A DNA stretch of 14,486 nt, taken from positions 1 through 14,486 of the forward strand of contig CBFHKU010000020.1 in NCBI GenBank assembly GCA_965656495.1, written 5' to 3'. A program made the position numbers and the translations under genes. How positions within the stretch are numbered: the stretch's first letter is position 1; every line of letters begins with the position of its first letter. Positions 7,639 through 14,486 of the stretch are shown here, in pieces. This DNA is from Coraliomargaritaceae bacterium. GTDB lineage: Bacteria; Verrucomicrobiota; Verrucomicrobiia; Opitutales; Coraliomargaritaceae. The notes beneath the pieces were generated by a model. That model saw nothing but the letters and a program-made list of their open reading frames with translations. It did no database searches and was not told where the DNA came from.

Positions 7639-8973
7639 ATGAGTTTTGAAACCCTTCCCGGATTCCGGGCCTTCTATCCCGAGAGCAGCGCGCGCCGCGC
7701 CTATATTTTTGAAAACTGGCGGGCGGCGGCACAGAGTTTCAATTTTCAGGAATACGATGCCCCGGTGCTTGAACCGCTCGAGTTGTATATCGAGAAATCC
7801 GGCGAGGAAATTGTCAGCCAGTTGTTTCACTTCGAGGACCGTGGCGGACGGGCGGTGGCGCTCCGTCCGGAGATGACGCCGTCGCTGGCGCGTCTGGTGG
7901 GGGCGAAGGCAAACAGTCTCAAGCGCCCGATCAAATGGTTTAACATCGGGGAGCACTATCGTTATGAACGGCCACAGAAGGGGCGCTTGCGTGCCTTTTA
8001 TCAGTTCAATGCCGACATTTTGGGCGAGTCCAGTGCGAGCGCGGATGCGGAATTGATCGCGCTGCTGGTGCAATCCTTGAAAGCCTTTGGCTTGGGGGTG
8101 GAGGATTTCAAGCTGCGTTTGAGTGACCGCGACCTTTGGTTGTTCCTGCTCGCGGCAGAGGGATTGGACGCGGCGGGTTCGGCGCAGGTCTTGGGGGTGA
8201 TCGACAAGCTGGAACGCAACAGCCGCGAGAAAACCCTTGAGCAATTGGCGACGGTATTGGGCGAATCGGCTGCGGCGTTTATGACGAAGGTCGAAGCGGT
8301 GGTGTCGATTCGTGATTTTCCCGCACTGGTCGAGTATTTCACGGCGCTGCCGGTGGAGGGGGCGCAGGCGGAGGCGATTGAAGCCCGGCTCGCGGAGTGG
8401 CGGGTTCTGTTGACGGCATTGGACAACAGTGGCGCGGGGGAATTCATCGAGATTGATTTGGGGATCGTGCGCGGTCTGGCGTATTACACCGGTTTTGTCT
8501 TTGAGGCATTTGAGGCGAGCGGGGAGGGGCGCGCCCTGGCAGGGGGCGGTCGCTACGATGATTTGGTCGGCAAGCTCTGCGGTCAGGCGATGCCGGCGGT
8601 CGGTTTTGCAATGGGTGATGTCACCTTGGGCGATTTGCTGGAAAAGAAGGGTTTGATGGAGGCTGCCGAAGCGGGGCCGGATTTTATATTTATCATTGGG
8701 GGCGCGGCGGAACGGGCGCAGGCTTTGGCAGACGCGGCATGTTTGCGGGCTGCGGGGTATAGCGTGGAATATCCGCTTAAGGAAGTGGCCTTTGGGAAAC
8801 AGTTTAAAGAGGCGAATCAACGGGGCGCACGTTTTGCGATTATTTATGGCTCCGAGGAATTGGCGTCCGGGGTTTTGAAGGTGCGCGATATGGCTGCCGG
8901 TTCGGAAACGGATCATCCTCGCGGGGATCTGGTGGCCTTGGCGGAGTCGCTGCTTGAGGAGGGACAGGATTAG
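7639..8973 (+). CDS. hisS: Histidyl-tRNA synthetase
   Basis: ALRPEMT, motif 2 YRYERPQKGRLRAFYQ, HisA IVRGLAYYTG, HisB GGGRYDDL, and a C-terminal anticodon-binding domain (KQFKEANQRGARFAIIYG), which argues against HisZ. Confidence 0.95.
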   Translation: MSFETLPGFRAFYPESSARRAYIFENWRAAAQSFNFQEYDAPVLEPLELYIEKSGEEIVSQLFHFEDRGGRAVALRPEMTPSLARLVGAKANSLKRPIKWFNIGEHYRYERPQKGRLRAFYQFNADILGESSASADAELIALLVQSLKAFGLGVEDFKLRLSDRDLWLFLLAAEGLDAAGSAQVLGVIDKLERNSREKTLEQLATVLGESAAAFMTKVEAVVSIRDFPALVEYFTALPVEGAQAEAIEARLAEWRVLLTALDNSGAGEFIEIDLGIVRGLAYYTGFVFEAFEASGEGRALAGGGRYDDLVGKLCGQAMPAVGFAMGDVTLGDLLEKKGLMEAAEAGPDFIFIIGGAAERAQALADAACLRAAGYSVEYPLKEVAFGKQFKEANQRGARFAIIYGSEELASGVLKVRDMAAGSETDHPRGDLVALAESLLEEGQD

Positions 8974-8976
8974 GGG

Positions 8977-9636
8977 ATGTCGGAATCGGGAATAGCGGCG
9001 CTCTTGAAAACGGTGGCAGCCCTTCGCGATCCGGAGAGCGGGTGTCCCTGGGATATCGAACAGGATCACCAGTCCATCACGGATTGCCTGATTGATGAAT
9101 GCAGTGAATTGCTGCAAACGATCGACCGCGGCGACATGGATCACATGGAAGAGGAATTGGGGGATGTATTGTTGCAGGTTGTGATGCATGCCCAGATGGC
9201 GAAGGAGGCGGGGCATTTTGATTTTGATTCGGTTTGCCGGGAGATTAATGCGAAGTTGGTACGGCGGCATCCGCATGTTTTTGGAGAGGCGAGCGTGAAG
9301 GACAGCGCCGCCCTGCTGGAGCAATGGGAAGCGATCAAGGCGGCGGAGAAGAAACGCGGTCCGGTAGAGAGCGGGCGCTTCAAGGATTTGCCGCCGCGTT
9401 TGCCGGCTCTCATGTTTGCGCAGGATGTTTACAAGCAGATCGTGAAAAAGAAAATAGAAACGGGTGATTTGCTGAACCGGGAGTTGATCGAGCGGGAAGC
9501 GGCGGAGTTGGATGCCGAGACTCTGGGGGCACGGCTTTTTGAAATCGCGGCGGCGTGTCAGGAACGCAAGCTTGATCCGGAGGCGCTCCTGCGGCGACAT
9601 GCGCAGAGCATTGTGGATGCCCTGGAAAAGAAGTAG
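8977..9636 (+). CDS. mazG: MazG-family nucleoside triphosphate pyrophosphohydrolase
   Basis: LRDPESGCPWDIEQ, DECSE, EEELGDVLLQVV, KLVRRHPHVFG, WEAIKAAEK. The second domain is degenerate (LGARLF...LDPEALLR). Confidence 0.92.
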   Translation: MSESGIAALLKTVAALRDPESGCPWDIEQDHQSITDCLIDECSELLQTIDRGDMDHMEEELGDVLLQVVMHAQMAKEAGHFDFDSVCREINAKLVRRHPHVFGEASVKDSAALLEQWEAIKAAEKKRGPVESGRFKDLPPRLPALMFAQDVYKQIVKKKIETGDLLNRELIEREAAELDAETLGARLFEIAAACQERKLDPEALLRRHAQSIVDALEKK

Positions 9637-9681
9637 GCGGCTGGCTTGCATCGGGGCAACAATCCGCATAGCGGTATTTTG

Positions 9682-11667
9682 ATGGAGCTTGCTGAAACAG
9701 AAGATGTCGCGGGTACGCAAGCGGGGACTTGTTCTGCGCAGGAGCTTCCCTGTGGTACGGCGGGCCCGGCTTCAACGCGTGCCTGGTTGCACGTGGGGAT
9801 TGCGGCGGTTTTTGCGGGGCAAAGCATGGTGCTTTCGCTGGCGCTCAACATGACGCCCCCGGTTTTTGGTTCGACCGTCTATTGGGTTTTGCACGGGGGA
9901 TTGATCGCCTCGGCACTCTTGGTCTTTCTCTTTCTTGGCGGAAATTTGCTGCGTGCGACGCTCGGGATGTGTCGCTCGGGGCGGCTCTCGATTGACGGGC
10001 TCTTTATGTTGAGCTTGTTGGGGGCTTTTGTCGGTTCCCTGTTGTCAAGCCTCACGGGGGAGGGTGCGATTTTTTATGAGGTGGTCTCGGTAGTGATTGC
10101 AATACACGCGCTGGGGCGGGTGTTCAGTGAGCGTTCCTTTGCGCGTCTGAAGGCGGCGACGGATGATTTGAGCGAGCGCTTTGACCGGGTGCGGGTGCGG
10201 CGCGGAGAGCGTTGGGAATGGAGTCCGCTCGACTCGGTGCAGGCGGGCGAGACGGTGCGGGTTGAGGCGGGGGATCCTGTCTCGGTGGACGGGCTGATTC
10301 TGGAGGGCCGGGGTTACGTGAATGAATCGGCGCTCTCGGGTGAACCTTTGCCGATTGTGCGGCAGGCGGGGGATCGTCTGCGGGCGGGCACCTATTCATT
10401 GGATGGAGACTTTGTGGTGGAAACGGAGGCGGTCTTGGGCGGGCGCGAACTGGACGGTATTTTGGATTTGGTACGCATGCGGGCGGGTCGTCCCTCGCAA
10501 TTACAGACGCAGGCAGACCGCTTGATTCAATTCTTTCTGCCACTGGTGGCAGGGGTCAGTTTTGTGACGGGCTTGTATTGGTTATGGGCGGGTGACTGGG
10601 CCTCGGCAGTCTTCAATGCCATGGCGGTTTTGTTGGTGGCCTGTCCCTGTGCCTTGGGTTTGGCGACCCCCGTGGCGATTTGGCAGGGCCTCTATCGTCT
10701 TTCGCGCAGTGGTTTGGCGAGCCGGGACGGCGCTTTGATCGATACCCTTGCGCAAACCAGACGCATCTTTTTCGACAAGACCGGCACCTTGAGCGAGTCG
10801 CAGTTGCAGGTGACGGAGTGCGCAGTGATGAATGCATGGGTGGAGCGCAAGCGCAAGCGGGACTTGCTGGCTGCGGTGCGCGCGTTGGAGTCGAAGTCGG
10901 AGCACCCGGTGGCGCGTTCGCTGACGCGTTATTGCGGGGAAGGGGATGACGGCATGGAGTTGACGGAGTTGACGGATTATCCGGGTGCGGGCATCGGTGG
11001 ACGGGTGCAGGGATTTGAGCTGCGGGTCGGCGAGGCGGATTTGGTGCCGGGAGCGGAGGTGAGCGCGGGCTTGGCGTGGTTGAAAGAAGCTGCCGGGAAG
11101 CGCGTCTTTGCGTTTGTGGATGGGGAACTGGCGGCGGTCTTTGTTTTGCGGGAAGTGCTGCGGGCGGGGGTGGACTCGACTTGGGCGGAGCTGGAATCCC
11201 TTGGGATCGCCAGCGAGATTTTGACCGGGGATCCCGGGCCGCAAGTGGAGGTACCGGATTCGGTCTGCGTGCGAGCCGGTATGAGGGCAAAGGAAAAAGC
11301 AACGCGGGTGCGTGAATCGAGCGCCTCGGGGGAGCGGCCTTTATTTATTGGCGACGGCATCAATGACTCCGGGGCGATGGTTGAGGCGTCCGCCGCGATC
11401 GCAATGGGAAGCGGGGCAGCGCTTGCCCGCAGTGCGGCGGGGGCGCTCTTTGCGGGTGATCAGGTCGCGTTTTTACCGGAGGCCATCCGTTTGGCGCGCG
11501 CCCTACAGCAACGCTTGCGGGGCAATCTGATCTACGCCGCACTCTATAATTGCGCCGGAATGCTCTTGGCGGCTACCGGGAACCTGCACCCCGTGGCGGC
11601 AGCCTGTATTATGTTTGTCTCCAGCGCATGGGTGCTGAGTCGTGCCAAGCTCCCAGAGGGGGTATAA
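9682..11667 (+). CDS. P1B-type heavy-metal (probably Cu+) translocating ATPase, CopA/CcoI-like, lacking an N-terminal HMA domain
   Basis: ACPCALGLATP (10642-10650 CPC), DKTGT (10774-10788), SEHP, TGD, GDGIND, YN in TM7, MFVSS in TM8, about 8 hydrophobic segments. Start is ATG 9682 or TTG 9646. Confidence 0.9.
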   Translation: MELAETEDVAGTQAGTCSAQELPCGTAGPASTRAWLHVGIAAVFAGQSMVLSLALNMTPPVFGSTVYWVLHGGLIASALLVFLFLGGNLLRATLGMCRSGRLSIDGLFMLSLLGAFVGSLLSSLTGEGAIFYEVVSVVIAIHALGRVFSERSFARLKAATDDLSERFDRVRVRRGERWEWSPLDSVQAGETVRVEAGDPVSVDGLILEGRGYVNESALSGEPLPIVRQAGDRLRAGTYSLDGDFVVETEAVLGGRELDGILDLVRMRAGRPSQLQTQADRLIQFFLPLVAGVSFVTGLYWLWAGDWASAVFNAMAVLLVACPCALGLATPVAIWQGLYRLSRSGLASRDGALIDTLAQTRRIFFDKTGTLSESQLQVTECAVMNAWVERKRKRDLLAAVRALESKSEHPVARSLTRYCGEGDDGMELTELTDYPGAGIGGRVQGFELRVGEADLVPGAEVSAGLAWLKEAAGKRVFAFVDGELAAVFVLREVLRAGVDSTWAELESLGIASEILTGDPGPQVEVPDSVCVRAGMRAKEKATRVRESSASGERPLFIGDGINDSGAMVEASAAIAMGSGAALARSAAGALFAGDQVAFLPEAIRLARALQQRLRGNLIYAALYNCAGMLLAATGNLHPVAAACIMFVSSAWVLSRAKLPEGV

Positions 11668-11971
11668 ATTTAATTAATAGCTTCGATTGCTTTTGCTTAT
11701 TGATGCAGCCCTGCGTGAAGTGAGCATTGCCAATATCAATTCATATTCCTAATGATCTTGACGTTTGTTTCTAATAAGGTGCGTGCATTCTGGTAAACGT
11801 GTAGCTGAGCGTTAACTTGGATGGTTCGATACTTATTGGTTTCGATACGTACATTTTTTCAAAAAGATAATTGCTATTATTTTTTAGCTGAATTTCATTC
11901 GCCCTTTAATGAGTTACCGACCTGCAAGGACCGTCTCAGATATCGCAACGACACTTGTTTGCCCATCGGGT

Positions 11972-11987
11972 AAAAGTCAGGACTTTT
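11972..11987. promoter_or_regulatory. 7-2-7 inverted repeat, candidate operator upstream of the act operon
   Basis: AAAAGTC-AG-GACTTTT, ending 48 bp before the actA ATG. Confidence 0.35.
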
Positions 11988-12035
11988 TGGCGTCTCACAC
12001 TTTCAACAACAGCTTGAAACCTTTCTAGAGTTACG

Positions 12036-12689
12036 ATGGCGAATGTATTTCCAAAATGGGTGAACACCGTTCCGATCAAATTGATCGTAGGGATTTTATT
12101 GATCAAGACAGCGGTGGTGCTGGGGGTAACCTATTACTGCACGCCGAAGTACACGCGGGTGGGCTACGCGCCGACCCAACCGGTGGCCTTCAGTCACGCT
12201 TTGCATGCCGGGCAATTGGAGATTGATTGCCGTTATTGTCACACCTACGTGGACCGTTCGGGTCACTCCAACGTTCCGACCACCGAGGTATGTATGACTT
12301 GCCACAGCATGGTGCGAAAGGATGACCCGCAACTGGCGGTGGTGCGCGACAGCTACGAATCCGGCGAACCGATTCCCTGGGTGCGCATTCACAAGGTGCC
12401 CGATTATGTTTATTTCAACCACGCGGTACACGTGAACCGTGGAATCAGCTGTGTGGAATGTCACGGCCGCATCGACGAAATGGAAGTGGTGCACCACGCC
12501 AAGCCGCTGAGTATGGGCTTTTGCCTCGAATGTCACCGCAATCCCGAAGATTACATCCGCCCGGTGGAGGAAGTTTACAACCTCGATTGGGAGCGACCCA
12601 CCGATGCCGCCAGCCAAGCGGAATTTGAAGGTTATGTACACAACTGGAAAGTTAACCCTCCACAGAGCTGTTCCGGCTGCCACCGTTAA
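12036..12689 (+). CDS. actA: Alternative complex III pentaheme cytochrome c subunit ActA
   Basis: One N-terminal TM helix, QPVAFSHALHAG, five CxxCH motifs (CRYCH, CMTCH, CVECH, CLECH, CSGCH), PDYVYFNHAVHVNRG, PLSMGFC. Followed by actB. Confidence 0.92.
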   Translation: MANVFPKWVNTVPIKLIVGILLIKTAVVLGVTYYCTPKYTRVGYAPTQPVAFSHALHAGQLEIDCRYCHTYVDRSGHSNVPTTEVCMTCHSMVRKDDPQLAVVRDSYESGEPIPWVRIHKVPDYVYFNHAVHVNRGISCVECHGRIDEMEVVHHAKPLSMGFCLECHRNPEDYIRPVEEVYNLDWERPTDAASQAEFEGYVHNWKVNPPQSCSGCHR

Positions 12690-12707
12690 ACAATTTTACG
12701 AACTACG

Positions 12708-14486
12708 ATGAAGGAATTTGAAAATTCAGGCCCGCGCTATTGGAAGAGCCTCGATGGACTCGCGGAAACCCCCGCCTTTAAGGAATGGGTGGAGCGCGAA
12801 TTTCCGGCAGGCGCAGCGGAGTTGGAGGGGGTCAATCGCCGCCAATTCATGAAAGTCATGGCGGCGTCCTTCGGGCTTGCCGGGATGGGTATGGCAGGTT
12901 GCCGCCGTCCGGTACAAACGATTTTGCCCTACGCCAAACAACCGGAAAACCTGATTCCCGGCGTACCTTCTTATTATGCGAGCTCCATGCCGGGCTTGAG
13001 CGGCAACGTTCCCCTCATTGTGGAAACCCACAGTGGTCGCCCTACCAAAGTGGAAGGCAACCCGAGCTACACCCCATTTGGCGGTGCGAGCAGCATTCAA
13101 TCGCAGGCTAGCGTGCTCGACCTTTACGATCCCGACCGCGCCACCAAAAGCATCGCGAAGGGCGGACGACTCTCGCCCGAAAAAGTCCGCGACCTCTTGG
13201 AATCGATTCGCAAGGCGCATTTGGAAGATCAGGGCGAAGGTTTGGTGGTGCTCGCGGAACCGTGCACTTCTCCCAGCCGTGCTTCCCTCTTAGAATCCCT
13301 GCAGAACAAATTCCCGAAGGCGACCATCGCGCAGTACGCGCCCTTGGTGCAACACGCCTCCCGCGATGCCGCCGCGCTGGTCTTTGGAGCGCCGCTCGAC
13401 GCCCAACCGCAATTTGAAGCAGCGGAGCGCATCCTCTCGCTTGATGCCGATTTCATTACGGAGGGCGATGGCAATACCGCTTATGCCCGCGCCTTCACCA
13501 AAACCCGCAAGGTAAAAGACAAGAGCGATGCCGCCAAGATGAGCCGTCTCTATGTTGCGGAGAGTATTTTGACCAACACTGGTTCGATGGCGGACCACCG
13601 TCTGCGCCTCAGCAGCGGCGAAATGGGTGCCTTTGCGGCGGCGCTTGCAGCGGAAGTGCTTCGCGCCAAGCAAACCGGGGGTGCGCTGCAGGCGCAACTC
13701 GAGGGGATCGCCGCCCAGCTTAAAGTCGATCAAAAATGGGTTGAAGAATGTGCCGCGGATCTGGTGGCGCATCAGGGTCACGCCTTGGTGGTGGCAGGAG
13801 CGCATTTGCCGAAGTCGGTCCATGTTATCGTGCATGCCCTCAACGCTGTCTTGCAGGCACCGGTCAAATACCTGCCCGCTGCGGCGAAGGCTGCAGGAAT
13901 CGAAGCCGCAGTTGAGCGACTCAACGCAGGCGGGGTAGAAAACCTCATCATTCTCGGCGGGAATCCCGTCTATAACGCCCCGGTCGATCTCGACTTTGCG
14001 GCGGCCCAAGCCAAGGCGAAACAGAGCATTTGCCTGAGCGACAGCGCCAACGAAACCACCGCGATCTCGGATGTGCTGGTGGCGCGTTCCCACTATCTCG
14101 AATCATGGGGCGACGGACGCACCTTTGACGGCACCCTCGTTCCGGTGCAGCCCATGATTGAGCCCCTGTTCCCGACCTTCAATGAGTTGGAGGTCTTGGC
14201 TCGTCTCGCCGGTGCTGCCTCAAAAGATCCCTACGCGATTGTGCAGGCCACCTTCAAGGCGCAGGGCGGTTCCGATTTCAACCGTTTCCTCTCGGTCGGA
14301 TTACTTGAAGACAGCGCCCCCAAGCCGGTCAAAGCCAAGTACAATTTTGCCGCCGCCGCAAAAGCGATTGCGGCGGATTCCGCCCTGGTAGCGGTGAGCC
14401 GCCCCGACGCAGATGCGCTGGAAGCACGCTTCACTCCGAGTTCGCACACCCTCGACGGAAGCTACTCCAACAACGGCTGGCTTTTG
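12708..14486 (+). CDS. actB: Alternative complex III subunit ActB (Tat-exported molybdopterin-oxidoreductase-like/Fe-S protein), 3' end beyond the window
   Basis: Not in the ORF track because there is no stop in the window. Manual translation gives [68 protein letters not shown]...[10 protein letters not shown]...[12 protein letters not shown]...HYLESWGD...QPMIEPLF...[11 protein letters not shown], with these segments in one frame to the window end. Confidence 0.93.
   Translation, partial: MKEFENSGPRYWKSLDGLAETPAFKEWVEREFPAGAAELEGVNRRQFMKVMAASFGLAGMGMAGCRRPVQTILPYAKQPENLIPGVPSYYASSMPGLSGNVPLIVETHSGRPTKVEGNPSYTPFGGASSIQSQASVLDLYDPDRATKSIAKGGRLSPEKVRDLLESIRKAHLEDQGEGLVVLAEPCTSPSRASLLESLQNKFPKATIAQYAPLVQHASRDAAALVFGAPLDAQPQFEAAERILSLDADFITEGDGNTAYARAFTKTRKVKDKSDAAKMSRLYVAESILTNTGSMADHRLRLSSGEMGAFAAALAAEVLRAKQTGGALQAQLEGIAAQLKVDQKWVEECAADLVAHQGHALVVAGAHLPKSVHVIVHALNAVLQAPVKYLPAAAKAAGIEAAVERLNAGGVENLIILGGNPVYNAPVDLDFAAAQAKAKQSICLSDSANETTAISDVLVARSHYLESWGDGRTFDGTLVPVQPMIEPLFPTFNELEVLARLAGAASKDPYAIVQATFKAQGGSDFNRFLSVGLLEDSAPKPVKAKYNFAAAAKAIAADSALVAVSRPDADALEARFTPSSHTLDGSYSNNGWLL

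Noticed and set aside
7639..8973. HisZ rather than HisS
   Set aside because: The anticodon-binding domain and histidine-binding motifs are present, and no hisG is adjacent.
7576..9720. 714-aa antisense ORF opposite hisS-mazG
   Set aside because: Shadow frame. Codon bias of the sense genes suppresses antisense stops, and hisS, mazG and the ATPase share a frame, so the shadows join. No recognisable motifs.
11726..11740. FNR/CRP box upstream of actA
   Set aside because: ATTGCCAATATCAAT has only one good half-site (ATCAA) and the wrong spacing for TTGAT-N4-ATCAA.
12687..12710. actA-actB in-frame read-through
   Set aside because: In frame across 18 nt, but the stop is TAA and the two proteins need separate export routes (Sec-type cytochrome c versus Tat).

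Overview
Bacterial chromosomal core region, most consistent with a PVC-superphylum (Verrucomicrobia/Opitutae-like) organism; this taxonomy is inferred from protein style and gene order, not from a search. In order: a REP-like palindromic 55-bp tandem array with an inverted copy (2-266); a 617-aa LptC plus three LptA/OstA-like domain protein; lptB; hprK; a 478-bp AT-rich spacer with two perfect DnaA boxes and a candidate 38-codon uORF; dnaA (no dnaN after it); an acidic hypothetical protein; menG/ubiE (minus strand); HU/IHF; hisS; mazG; a Cu(+)-type P1B ATPase lacking an N-terminal metal-binding domain; and the start of an alternative complex III operon (pentaheme actA, Tat-lipoprotein actB running off the window and missed by the ORF track). 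Most notable: the apparent single-chain LPS bridge, the REP array bracketed by a ~20-bp direct repeat, the dnaA leader architecture with no GC-skew switch, and hisS-mazG-ATPase lying in one reading frame broken only by two TAG codons.
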